Program-made: the position numbers and the translations under genes
Notes under the pieces: generated by a model
Seen by the model: the letters and a program-made list of their open reading frames with translations, nothing else
What the model was told of the DNA's origin: nothing
Database searches by the model: none
NCBI GenBank assembly: GCA_963701295.1
Contig: OY969585.1
Location: 2,400,001-2,464,000 of the forward strand
Length of the DNA stretch: 64,000 nt
Reading direction: 5' to 3'
From: Ignavibacteriota bacterium
GTDB taxonomy: Bacteria > Bacteroidota > Ignavibacteria > UBA10030
Part shown: positions 30,904 through 40,749 of the stretch, piece after piece
How positions within the stretch are numbered: position 1 is the stretch's first letter
Layout of the letters: each line of letters starts with the position of its first letter

Positions 30904-31110
30904 TCATTGCCTACTATCTTTTTGCAAAAGGAAATGATTTGTGAATATGACGTTGAGATCACCCAATACATACTCGATCGAATGTTCGACCGAAGAGATA
31001 AGCTGCTTACTCGTTCTCGTGAATACTGTCACGCGATGTCCCCGTGGAATGAGCTTACGACCGATCCGTGAACCGATGAAACTTATTCTCCCCAAAACAA
31101 GCGCTTTCAA
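30904..31110 (-). pseudogene. NAD-dependent epimerase/SDR N-terminal fragment
   Basis: MKALVLGRISFIGSRIG...GHRVTVFTR: degenerate Rossmann motif, truncated. Confidence 0.6.
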
Positions 31111-31274
31111 GGTTGGCCTCTTTCGATGAGGTTCACTCTCATTCCTGTTTTCTCTTGGTGTCTTGAACGGTTTGGTCGATCACAGACGATTCCACCATGC
31201 CCCGTCAATATGGAGTTGGATTCTTTCAGCATGGATTGTCGACTTCTTTTTCACTGCTTGAGACCATCAGTCTG

Positions 31275-32600
31275 TTAACGTCTTTTTCGAGGTTCTACGG
31301 TATGACTTGCAGATCCCTTTCTGTACCAATCAGCCCGGCTGAGGGGCATTCCGCTAACCCCTTGGTCTGGCTTCACGAGGAGGGATTGATAGACATTCGT
31401 CTGTTCGATCTCAAACCCGTGTGCTGCGGCCGACATAAAGAGTCGCCACACCCGATACGTTGTTTCATCCGTTGCGCGGATCGCCGCGGCGCGATGCGCT
31501 TCCAAGCGGGAGACCCAGTGACGAAGTGTCAAAAGATAATGTTCGCGCAGACTCTCAACATCGCGCACTTCAAATCCCACACGTTCAGCGATACTGGTAC
31601 TCTCACTAATGGGAACTGGCTCGCTGTCTGGGAAAACATAGCTTTGCGAAAACGTTGGACCACGGTGGTCAAGATTATCCGCAATTCCGTGATTCAAAAA
31701 AACACCACCCGGTCGAAGCAGGCGCCAGGCATTCCTAAAGTACTCGGGTAACATTGACCTACCAACGTGCTCGACCATCCCGATACTCGCGATTTTGTCA
31801 AACGGTTCTGAAAGTACAAGTTCTCTGTAGTCCAGCACCTCTGTCCGACATTTCCGGCTCAAGCCTCGCTGTTTGATTCGCTCATTGGCAAGTTTGGCTT
31901 GTGGTTCGCTAAGCGTAATCCCCAGTGCCGAGACTCCGTAATGTTTTGCCGCGTGCATGATCAGAGCACCCCACCCGCATCCGATATCTAGAAGACGCTC
32001 ACCACGTTTCAGCCGCAACTTGCGACACACGTAGTCGAGTTTACCCGTCTGAGCAGTAAACAAATCTTCGCCGGGCGACAGAAAATATGCACACGAATAG
32101 ACCAGGTTCTTATCAAGGAAGAGGGCGAAGAAATCATTCGAAGTGTTATAGTGATACGTTACAGCTTGGCGATCGCGTGTAGTCGAATGTTGAGCCCCGG
32201 TGAGATGAACTGGCTGCCTACCGGCCCGTGGACCGTGGTGAGAAGGGAGGGTGAGAAGCATTGAAGCGATACGAATACGGTCAGCGATACTCAAGTGCAA
32301 ACCTAAAAGATGTTCTGCCATGGGGAACGCTCTTTCGATGTTCCCCTCAATGTCGAAGTCATCAAAGATATAGGATTGACCGAGGGTATTTTCACTGGGC
32401 CGCAGGAACATTGCCCGGAGGGCACCAGGATGTCGAAGAACCATCGTAAACCCTGTAGGTTGGTCAGCTTCTGCATCCCAAACAGATCCATCCCAAAATC
32501 GGAATGAATAATCACGGGGATGATGATCCTTCAACAGGAATTGAAGGATCGACTTGCTTGTTTGTACAGCACGGTCACGAGTCTTGGTTTGAATAAGCAT
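31275..32600 (-). CDS. cfa: Cyclopropane-fatty-acyl-phospholipid synthase
   Basis: HYN.SNDFF, YSCAYF, LLDIGCGWG, SIGMVEHVG, YVFP, EHYLLTL. Confidence 0.93.
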   Translation of the reverse strand: MLIQTKTRDRAVQTSKSILQFLLKDHHPRDYSFRFWDGSVWDAEADQPTGFTMVLRHPGALRAMFLRPSENTLGQSYIFDDFDIEGNIERAFPMAEHLLGLHLSIADRIRIASMLLTLPSHHGPRAGRQPVHLTGAQHSTTRDRQAVTYHYNTSNDFFALFLDKNLVYSCAYFLSPGEDLFTAQTGKLDYVCRKLRLKRGERLLDIGCGWGALIMHAAKHYGVSALGITLSEPQAKLANERIKQRGLSRKCRTEVLDYRELVLSEPFDKIASIGMVEHVGRSMLPEYFRNAWRLLRPGGVFLNHGIADNLDHRGPTFSQSYVFPDSEPVPISESTSIAERVGFEVRDVESLREHYLLTLRHWVSRLEAHRAAAIRATDETTYRVWRLFMSAAAHGFEIEQTNVYQSLLVKPDQGVSGMPLSRADWYRKGSASHTVEPRKRR

Positions 32601-33028
32601 GGCAATTTCTCCTTCGTCTGATCGTTCAGAGGCAAGCAAATATCAGGATAACCCACCATCACTTCTATAATCTCTGTTAAATACTGACTGTGTTGAAGAA
32701 TTTTGTGTTACCCAAGATTCCGGTAATTTTCTTCCCATCGAAGATCTCTGCGCACCAAATTTCTATAGTATGCTGCCACCTAATTTCTCAAGGATTCTGT
32801 AATGAGATATCGTCTGGCCTATCATTGCCGGCATCCCTAGAACAAAAAAATCCACCTCCTCTTTCGAATCTGGAGGCTCTCAAAGAAGCGCCTTTCTGCA
32901 CGAGTCCCCTCCCCTAGGACTTTCACATGTATTTATTAAAAGTTAGATAGGAGTTCGGTCAATGTCAATGTGAATGAGACGACATTTCCACAACTGAGAA
33001 AGAAAGGAGCAGTTCTTCCGCAACGTTC

Positions 33029-33121
33029 TCACACGTTCCTTCGTCTCGGCAAAGCCTTTCCAAGCGTCACAGCGATGACGGCAAGAACACGCAGGATTCG
33101 TTTCCAGTTGATCTTTCTCAT
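33029..33121 (-). CDS. Putative 30-aa cationic/amphipathic small protein
   Basis: MRKINWKRILRVLAVIAVTLGKALPRRRNV with AAGGAG RBS; below the ORF-track cutoff. Confidence 0.4.
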   Translation of the reverse strand: MRKINWKRILRVLAVIAVTLGKALPRRRNV

Positions 33122-33249
33122 AATGGTTCTCCTTTTACGAGTGAATAAACCACCCTATTCCTTCCTTATACCGCAGAATTCATCGGTGGATTATGGAATA
33201 AGAGGATAAGTAAAGGTAATATTTATCCATTCACTATTCGGAGGTCAGA

Positions 33250-33684
33250 ATGAGCGAACAAGAATACGAAGACTTGTGGCATTATAGCGAGCAGTTTACG
33301 CGAGACAAATTCCAGAGATCAGAGCTTGTTACTATGGCTTGGAAAGAAGGACAGCGGCTTGGCGAACGTTGCACACCAGGACTGATGAAATCAATGATGC
33401 ACTTCTGTTCGAAGAAACTAGACAGACAATCTGCGTTCCCTGTAAAGGATATGGGCAAAATAACTCTCGACGCTTGGAATCACGACCGAGTTCACATTGA
33501 CAGGCCAATGACACTCGGAGATTTTCTGTTTCCGTTCAAGATTAATCTGTTAGAAAATGCTATTACGAATAACTTTCTGGAATCTCTGACTGCCGAAGAA
33601 CGATCATTTCTCGACGATCTGATAGCAGGATATTCGGTGAAAGACATTTCAAAACGTACCCGCAACATTCCATCCCTCCAATAA
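33250..33684 (+). CDS. Hypothetical protein with C-terminal sigma-4/LuxR-like HTH start, possibly truncated
   Basis: GGAGG RBS; LESLTAEERSFLDDLIAGYSVKDISKR. Confidence 0.5.
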   Translation: MSEQEYEDLWHYSEQFTRDKFQRSELVTMAWKEGQRLGERCTPGLMKSMMHFCSKKLDRQSAFPVKDMGKITLDAWNHDRVHIDRPMTLGDFLFPFKINLLENAITNNFLESLTAEERSFLDDLIAGYSVKDISKRTRNIPSLQ

Positions 33685-34334
33685 AAAGCTATTGCCTATC
33701 TGTAACGGTGGAGAAGAGCACGATGTGTTGCGCTTTTCTTTACAATATTGTCATCCTGCCATTGGCGAAATGGCAAATATGGAACCCTTTTTTAAGCCTT
33801 ACAGGAGATCCATCGAGCTGCTTCTGCTTCGAGATAGGACAGGAATCAATGTCGAAAGGGAGGGTCTTACGAATTTATAATAGAAAGTGGTTTCGCCAAA
33901 ATTTTTCTGGATTTTTTCATTCGACTTTGGCAAATCGATTTCGAAAATTCTTATTTATTTTTGAAAAAGGCCTTAATGCGAATTTAAAAAAGGTTGATAC
34001 CAGAGACCATCTCCTCGATGGGCGCTAACCTCCCATAGCCTCGGCATCTTGTAACGCGTCGTAGCTGATATTTTTTAGGCAAAATATATTTTACCTTATC
34101 AGGTAGCCAGTGCTTAATATTAGAAAAATACCAACTTATCATGAGCACATCAATCAGGGCAGGTCAAGACCATAGACTCTTATTAAAAGAAATTATGATG
34201 AAGTCCCTTGCATCATTCAATAATTCTGCTAACGTATTATATAGAAGAGAGACTGGGTTCTCGTGACAAACACAATTTCAGAGATATTGTTCTTCAGAGA
34301 TACTATTCTTAATTGATGTGGAATGGGAGTACTG

Positions 34335-37300
34335 ATGAAGAGATATTATTTGTTACTACTTGCTGTGATAGGAATTACGTTTGTTGCTTCGGCGAAAGAT
34401 CCTTCCCAAAAGCTCTCGCCCTTTTTTCAGCGTCTTCTGGATGCGAGATCAACGGCTTCACTCGCGAATAAAACGGGATATGCAAAACTTTCAGCAGAAC
34501 CAACAGTCACGACAACGGGCGATACACTCTACCGCGTGATCATCCACACCACGGATCCTTCATCGCTTCGAAACGAAGGAATTATTGTTAACACCGTCCG
34601 AAAGAATTTTGTAACGGCGCAGGCGACAAAGGGTCAGATTCGTCGCATTGCCGGGTTGAGTTCAATAAGTTTCATTCGTGAGGCTCGTAAACGAAAACCT
34701 ATAAACGATGTTGCCGCGGGTCTCAGCGGAGCGCGCTCGTTGCAAAACGGTTCAATTAATAATACGCAATATACCGGCGCCGGTGTTCTCATCAGCGATA
34801 TCGACACGGGTATCGATTGGAAACACCTCGACTTTCGCAATCCCACCGATACAACAAAAAGCCGCATCGTCTATTTGTGGGATCAAACACTGACGGCCGG
34901 ATCGGGCGATGCTACGGCAAAAGGATATGGAGTGCTCTATACCAACGCTCAAATAAATGCTGCAATTGCTTCCGGTTCTTCATCTGTGCGTTCTAGGGAT
35001 ATGCTTGGCCATGGAACGCACGTCGCCGGCATTATGGCCGGGAATGGCGCATCCATGCCTTCGAGGAAATATGCCGGTTTTGCTCCAAATGCAGATTTGC
35101 TGATCATTGAAACAAACTTTTCCGATGCAAGTATTATCGATGCGATGGATTGGGCCGATAGCATTGCCACGGCTCTCAACGAGCCGCTCGTCGTTAATCT
35201 CTCGCTTGGTTCGCAAATGAGTGCCCATGACGGTACAGAGGATGATGAGCAGGTTGTTGATGAGATTTCTATAAAAACGGGTCGCGCCTTTGCTATTTCT
35301 GCAGGCAACGACGGCGCGGACGGCATTCATATTTCCGGTTCTATTAATTCCCTTAGTACTGCGACGGTTACATTTTCTGTTCCCACATATACACCGAACC
35401 CCGGAACTCAAAATGACTATGTTCTTATTGATGGATGGATTAATAGCGATGATAACGTCACAGGATCGATCACTTCTCCCGATCCTGCAATAACCGTTAC
35501 AGCAACTCCGGAAACAGAATACTCTAATGATGGTGACGCAGGTTATATGGAAGTGGACAATTTTACTAGCCCGCTAAATAGTAAACGCGAAATTGTGACT
35601 TATATTTTTGATCATAACAGTTCAAAGAATCCACGTGCTGGCACGTGGACACTCAAATTATTAAATACTTCTTCTCACGCCGTAACATATAATGCCTGGT
35701 TCGATTCGGATTTTGGCACATCCGGATCGCTTGTGGCCGTGACGAACGCCGATAACAACTACACTGTCGCTTCACCGGGTGATGCAACCAGCGCTATTAC
35801 CGCAGCTGCATATGCAACTCGTTGGTATTGGAAGTCCACCGACGGCAGTGTCTACCTTGCATCAGGCATCAATACAAGCGATAGTATCGCTTACTTCAGC
35901 AGTATCGGTCCGCGAGCAGACGGTTATCAAAAACCGGATATTGCTGCGCCAGGCTTCTATGTAATCTCTGCTTTTCCGAACAGTTTTCTTTCCACAGCGA
36001 GTTATGCTTCTTCAGTAATGCCAGATAACAAACACTGGATAATGGCAGGAACCAGCATGGCGGCGCCGGGTGTAGCAGGAAGCATCGCGTTGCTCTTTCA
36101 AGCAAACGCGACCCTGACAGCATCAGCCGTGAAGAGCTTGCTTACATCTAACGCAATGATGGATGCTTTCACTGGATCGTTACTGCCAAATACTCGATGG
36201 GGCTATGGCAAATTGGATGTTGCTAAAGCGATGACAGCTCTCGTGGCGCCGAGCACAACAAACACAAGAAATATAATTTCCTATGACGATTGGAACCGAA
36301 CCACCAATGATGTCACGGATTTCAACAATTATGTGCAAGCCAGTGGAAGCGTGTCCGAAAAGTATGCTGTCCGCATAACTCCTACAACAGATTCCAAGTT
36401 AACAGGGATTCTATTCCACACCTACTCAACGGTGACATTGAATAATAATCTCATAGCTGAAGTCTGGTCGAACAATCAATTGGCCAATTTGCCGAGTGTT
36501 CTCATCGCCGGACCATTCACGATCAGTCCGAACGTAGTGGCGACTGCGGGATGGAACTATGTCGATATCCCCAAAGAGTCCACGTTTACGCTTGCAGCCA
36601 ATACAAGTTATCATCTCGTGTTTTATCCCGCGTCGGGGACAGCGGATATAATTTCGTTTACAAGGGACGCCAATGCGATTAGCGGGCGCAGTTCACATTA
36701 TTCGAGCGGTGCGTGGTCAGCATACATCAACGGCGATATACGCATTCGCGGTGTTGTGGTCGGAACAAACGGAGCATTGCCAGTAGAACTGAATTCATTC
36801 GCAGCGTCATCGTCTGGCAACGCGGTCGACCTGACGTGGACCACTGCAACCGAAACGAACAATTACGGTTTCAACATCGAGCGCGAGAAGATCGGAACCG
36901 ACGCTTCATGGAAAACGATCGGTTTCATTCCCGGCAATGGAACAAGTGCGATCACGCATCGCTACAGTTATATGGATAATAGCATCTCAATGGACGGTTC
37001 GTATCTTTACCGGCTCGGTCAGGTCGACAACAGCGGGGTATTGAAATACTCATCGGAACTCGAAGTTGCAATCAATCTCCCGAAACAATTTGCGGTCTGG
37101 CAAAACTATCCGAACCCGTTTAATTCATCGACAACCATTTCTTTTAATTTGCCGTCGCGGTCATTCATATCACTGAAAGTGTTCGATCTCATTGGAAGAG
37201 AGGTGGCAACAATTGTGTCAGAAGAACTGCAAGAGGGAAATTACTCTCGGCAATGGAATGCTTCTGATTTGCCTAGTGGCACTTATTTCTATCGTTTACA

Positions 37301-37346
37301 AGCTGGTTCGTTTACTGAAACAAAGAAACTTGTTTTACTGAAATGA
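34335..37346 (+). CDS. S8 subtilisin-family serine peptidase with T9SS CTD
   Basis: DIDTGID, GHGTHVAG, GTSMAAP catalytic triad; LPVEL module; CTD. Confidence 0.92.
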   Translation: MKRYYLLLLAVIGITFVASAKDPSQKLSPFFQRLLDARSTASLANKTGYAKLSAEPTVTTTGDTLYRVIIHTTDPSSLRNEGIIVNTVRKNFVTAQATKGQIRRIAGLSSISFIREARKRKPINDVAAGLSGARSLQNGSINNTQYTGAGVLISDIDTGIDWKHLDFRNPTDTTKSRIVYLWDQTLTAGSGDATAKGYGVLYTNAQINAAIASGSSSVRSRDMLGHGTHVAGIMAGNGASMPSRKYAGFAPNADLLIIETNFSDASIIDAMDWADSIATALNEPLVVNLSLGSQMSAHDGTEDDEQVVDEISIKTGRAFAISAGNDGADGIHISGSINSLSTATVTFSVPTYTPNPGTQNDYVLIDGWINSDDNVTGSITSPDPAITVTATPETEYSNDGDAGYMEVDNFTSPLNSKREIVTYIFDHNSSKNPRAGTWTLKLLNTSSHAVTYNAWFDSDFGTSGSLVAVTNADNNYTVASPGDATSAITAAAYATRWYWKSTDGSVYLASGINTSDSIAYFSSIGPRADGYQKPDIAAPGFYVISAFPNSFLSTASYASSVMPDNKHWIMAGTSMAAPGVAGSIALLFQANATLTASAVKSLLTSNAMMDAFTGSLLPNTRWGYGKLDVAKAMTALVAPSTTNTRNIISYDDWNRTTNDVTDFNNYVQASGSVSEKYAVRITPTTDSKLTGILFHTYSTVTLNNNLIAEVWSNNQLANLPSVLIAGPFTISPNVVATAGWNYVDIPKESTFTLAANTSYHLVFYPASGTADIISFTRDANAISGRSSHYSSGAWSAYINGDIRIRGVVVGTNGALPVELNSFAASSSGNAVDLTWTTATETNNYGFNIEREKIGTDASWKTIGFIPGNGTSAITHRYSYMDNSISMDGSYLYRLGQVDNSGVLKYSSELEVAINLPKQFAVWQNYPNPFNSSTTISFNLPSRSFISLKVFDLIGREVATIVSEELQEGNYSRQWNASDLPSGTYFYRLQAGSFTETKKLVLLK

Positions 37347-37424
37347 ACTGGCAATATAAACGTACATGTTGTCGAAGCTTTGCCACAATTGTAAGGTGGC
37401 TTTCAAAAATAACGCGGAGTATTT

Positions 37425-37625
37425 ATGAGTAAAGAAAAAAAAGCGAAGATCCTTTGGTTTATTGCTGGATTAATATTCTTAAGTGTCTGCTTGCATGATA
37501 TTTATTATTCTGGTTCATCGAATAAATCTATACTTATTATAGTCTTTGAAGGCATAGCAGGAATTGCTTCAATTATTAATGCAGTTACATTTAGAAGAAA
37601 GTATGTAGGTAAGAAACCTGCATAA
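37425..37625 (+). CDS. Small two-TM protein; stop codon in attC R'' box
   Basis: GGAG RBS; two hydrophobic helices; TAA within GCATAAC. Confidence 0.6.
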   Translation: MSKEKKAKILWFIAGLIFLSVCLHDIYYSGSSNKSILIIVFEGIAGIASIINAVTFRRKYVGKKPA

Positions 37626-37785
37626 CCGAATAAGAGTGTCCACAATATGTGGAACTTGTATACGTACATTCCAAATTTGGGAATGTAGTAAATGGACTTG
37701 GTTCGTGCGGTGGGATATTGAGATTTATCGTTGCGGCAGATTACTTCTTCGCCGTCTTTTGGGCGGAGCCGCCCATCCGTTAGGC
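37620..37785 (+). repeat. Divergent attC-like site
   Basis: GCATAAC ... ATGGACTTGGTTCG ... GCCGCCCATCC-GTTAGGC; hairpin TTCGCCGTCTTTTGGGCGGA inserted in the right arm. Confidence 0.7.
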
Positions 37786-37800
37786 GGCGGGAAATAAATC

Positions 37801-38421
37801 ATGAACATAAAAACTATCTCGATCTTTATTTTTGGCATAGCGTGTGGAGCTTTATTTAGTATTCTGATAATGAGGCTCACATTGTCACACTCTTACCAAC
37901 AAGAGAAGCCAATACAAAATATTCCTACGGCTAAGCCAACGATTGCCGATATGTGTGCTTTGCTGGATGCTCCACGAATGCCTCTTATGGTCGTCACTGG
38001 TTCAATCATCGACTTCAAAAATACTCAGTGGCAACTTCGGGGACTTAATAATACTATTATTTCTTTTGCTGATCTTCGTGGCAAAGTACTCTTCATAAAT
38101 TTTTGGGGAACATGGTGTGGACCCTGTGTTGCAGAGATGCCTTCTATCCAAGTATTGTATGATTCCCTAAAACACGATCCAGTTGAATTCCTTGCTATCT
38201 CAGATGAATCTATTTCAAAGATTCAAGAGTTTGCCAAACGCGAACAGCTTACTTTGCCACTTTTCCAGAGCATATCAAAGCCGCTTCCAGAATTTGATTT
38301 CAAAGTGTGGCCGGTAACAGCTATCGTAAACAAGTCTGGCACAATTGTATATGTTGAATCTGGAAGTGTGAAATGGGACGATCCATCTGTTATAAAATTT
38401 ATACGTAATCTTTGTAAGTAA
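37801..38421 (+). CDS. TlpA-family thiol-disulfide oxidoreductase (cassette)
   Basis: LRGKVLFINFWGTWCGPCVAEMP. Confidence 0.9.
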   Translation: MNIKTISIFIFGIACGALFSILIMRLTLSHSYQQEKPIQNIPTAKPTIADMCALLDAPRMPLMVVTGSIIDFKNTQWQLRGLNNTIISFADLRGKVLFINFWGTWCGPCVAEMPSIQVLYDSLKHDPVEFLAISDESISKIQEFAKREQLTLPLFQSISKPLPEFDFKVWPVTAIVNKSGTIVYVESGSVKWDDPSVIKFIRNLCK

Positions 38422-38427
38422 TCCGCT

Positions 38428-38448
38428 GTTTAACCAGGCGCTCAGGCT
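38428..38448 (+). repeat. attC-like left-end remnant
   Basis: GTTTAAC-CAGGC-GCTCAGGCT. Confidence 0.65.
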
Positions 38449-38594
38449 TTAGCAGAGGCAAGCGTAATCAATTGACTTTTTAAACATCACATCTGACAAA
38501 TGCTATATTTTGATGCAGATTTCTTTTTATCCGGTTTTTTATTTTTACTGGTCTTCATGTATCTATAAACGAAGAGGGAAAAAGAGGATATACT

Positions 38595-39890
38595 ATGGCC
38601 CCCACAAAGAAAAAATCTATTGCAATGCGACCGTCTATCCGGAAGCTGGAATCGCTCATAGATGCTGCGAAGCAACTCAACACTACATTTGATCTGGATA
38701 AACTTCTTTCTATCATTCTCGGCCATGCCACGAAGAATCTCAATGCAGCGCGAGGAACGATCTATCTCATCGACGAACGGACACAGGAGATTTGGTCAAA
38801 AGTGGTGAAAGGCACTGGACTAGTCGAAATCAGATTGCCGATTGGGACTGGCATTTCTGGGACAGTCGCTAAAACCGGAAGAACAATCAACGTGAAAGAT
38901 GCAAGCAAAGATAAGCGATTCTATTCGGCTATTGATAATAAATCTGGTTTTCATACAAAAACGATGCTTTGCAGACCAATGAGAAATAGAAACGGCGTCA
39001 TTATAGGGGTCTTTCAGATTATAAACAAAAAACGTGGTGTTTTTAATCGGAACGATGAATTTTTCCTGGATGCGTTTTCAGAACACGCTTCTCTCGCCAT
39101 CAAAAATGCTAGACTCTTTCAAGCGGATCTTGAACATGTGCGGGTGGATAAAGAAATTCAAATCGCTGCTGAAATGCAGCAACAGCTTTTCCCGAAAGTA
39201 ATAATTCAAATCCCATCGTATGAACTCTCCGTCACGGTCCAACCTTGTGCATCAATCGGCGGTGATTCGTACGACATCATTCCACTCAAGGATGGGAAAT
39301 TTGCTATCACTATCGCTGACGTCTCTGGAAAAGGAATCCCAGCTGCTCTTTTAGTGTCGACTTTGCATGCCTTATTGCGAGTGTACCTTCAGTATCCAAT
39401 GGAATTGGTTGAGCTTGTTAGGAGATTGAATGCTCTCGTTTACAATAATAGTCCAGCAGAACGCTTTATCACTTTTTTTATCATGATTTTTGATCCGATT
39501 AATCATAAGTTCACCTATGTGAATGCCGGTCATAACCCGCCTTTCCTTTTCCGAAAAAGCAGAAACGATATTAACGAACTTATGGCGAGCGGTTTACCTC
39601 TGGGAATCGTGGAAGAACAGCAGTTTGAAACCCATCAGATAAACCTTCAACATGGCGATACGTTGGTTTTGTATACTGATGGAGTGACAGAGGCGGCAAA
39701 TAAAAAGCTTCAACAATATGGTGAACAGAAATTACGTGAATGTGTTCTTAGGAACTTCGAGACAACAGCCGAGACGATCAAAGGATGTATAGTGAGAGAC
39801 GTTCAAGGGTTCATTGGAAATTATCCGCTGTCCGATGATTTCACCTTAATGGGGCTGAAGAGAGACCCCGAGGCATCGTTCAAATTATGA
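38595..39890 (+). CDS. GAF + PP2C/SpoIIE serine phosphatase (RsbU-like)
   Basis: GAF (QIINKK..F...DE); GGDSYD, ADVSGKG, NAGH, YTDGV, DDFT. Confidence 0.92.
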   Translation: MAPTKKKSIAMRPSIRKLESLIDAAKQLNTTFDLDKLLSIILGHATKNLNAARGTIYLIDERTQEIWSKVVKGTGLVEIRLPIGTGISGTVAKTGRTINVKDASKDKRFYSAIDNKSGFHTKTMLCRPMRNRNGVIIGVFQIINKKRGVFNRNDEFFLDAFSEHASLAIKNARLFQADLEHVRVDKEIQIAAEMQQQLFPKVIIQIPSYELSVTVQPCASIGGDSYDIIPLKDGKFAITIADVSGKGIPAALLVSTLHALLRVYLQYPMELVELVRRLNALVYNNSPAERFITFFIMIFDPINHKFTYVNAGHNPPFLFRKSRNDINELMASGLPLGIVEEQQFETHQINLQHGDTLVLYTDGVTEAANKKLQQYGEQKLRECVLRNFETTAETIKGCIVRDVQGFIGNYPLSDDFTLMGLKRDPEASFKL

Positions 39891-39978
39891 CGCCGTTTAT
39901 ATTCTTTGAATTTGTTGTCACCGGTACTAGCCGGTGCAGATCTATCTATCGAGAGGACAGTCACGACGAAGCAACGAT

Positions 39979-40100
39979 ATCCAAAACTGCGCTCAAGCTG
40001 ACGGAGTGAGCGTGCGTACGTTAAGTATGACTGGTATAGGTTTCGTTTACTACAAAATTGGAAGTTATCAATATGGCAGCTTAGTACCCATTCGTTAGGC
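39979..40100 (+). repeat. attC-like site (122 bp)
   Basis: ATCCAAA-ACTGC-GCTCAAGCTGACGGAGTGAG...GCAGCTTAGTACCCATTC-GTTAGGC. Confidence 0.85.
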
Positions 40101-40149
40101 GGCTCACAAAGAATTCATAAAAGAATTGAACGTAGAAAAGGAAGATTTT

Positions 40150-40725
40150 ATGCGATGGAAGTATGGACGTATAGCCAGAGGAATGACCTTCGGGACACTA
40201 TTCGGCTTGCTCTGGTTACTTATTCCGTTTCAAGATAATAATCTTAACGGAACACCGTTAAGCTTGTCGGTGGTTTTTATGATCTTGCTTATTATAGGTT
40301 GTATTTATCTGTTTCACATTGCTGCGAGTGCACCGAAAGAATCCGAAGAAAATATGATTCTTTACAAATCCGAGCGGAGTAGAACAGGTAAGATGTTTGG
40401 TGTAGTGTTCTCAGCTGAGTTTGTGCTAATTGGGTTGGTCGCAAGTATATTGATTCCCAAAGGACTTTATGATTTATTCGTACCCATCATCGCTATTATT
40501 GTTGGTGTACACTTTTTTCCTCTTGCTAAATTATTCAAAGCGTATATTTATAATATTACCGGTGCTGTGGCTGTCATAGCTGGATTAGCTTCTTTTCTTG
40601 TGCGTACAGAACCTGCCCGGCAGGATTTTGTCGGATTTAGCATGGGTATCATCCTGTGGTTGACGGCGGCATACTCTTTTATACACGTGAGAAAAGAAAT
40701 GACGAATGTTAAGTTGAATAATTAA
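40150..40725 (+). CDS. Multi-pass membrane protein (cassette)
   Basis: About six hydrophobic segments; IVGVHFFPLA. Confidence 0.7.
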   Translation: MRWKYGRIARGMTFGTLFGLLWLLIPFQDNNLNGTPLSLSVVFMILLIIGCIYLFHIAASAPKESEENMILYKSERSRTGKMFGVVFSAEFVLIGLVASILIPKGLYDLFVPIIAIIVGVHFFPLAKLFKAYIYNITGAVAVIAGLASFLVRTEPARQDFVGFSMGIILWLTAAYSFIHVRKEMTNVKLNN

Positions 40726-40749
40726 CACTTAGAGAAAATTAAATCCGTT

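Noticed and set aside
34021-34080. CGCTAAC as another attC start
   Set aside because: No L box or family motifs follow.
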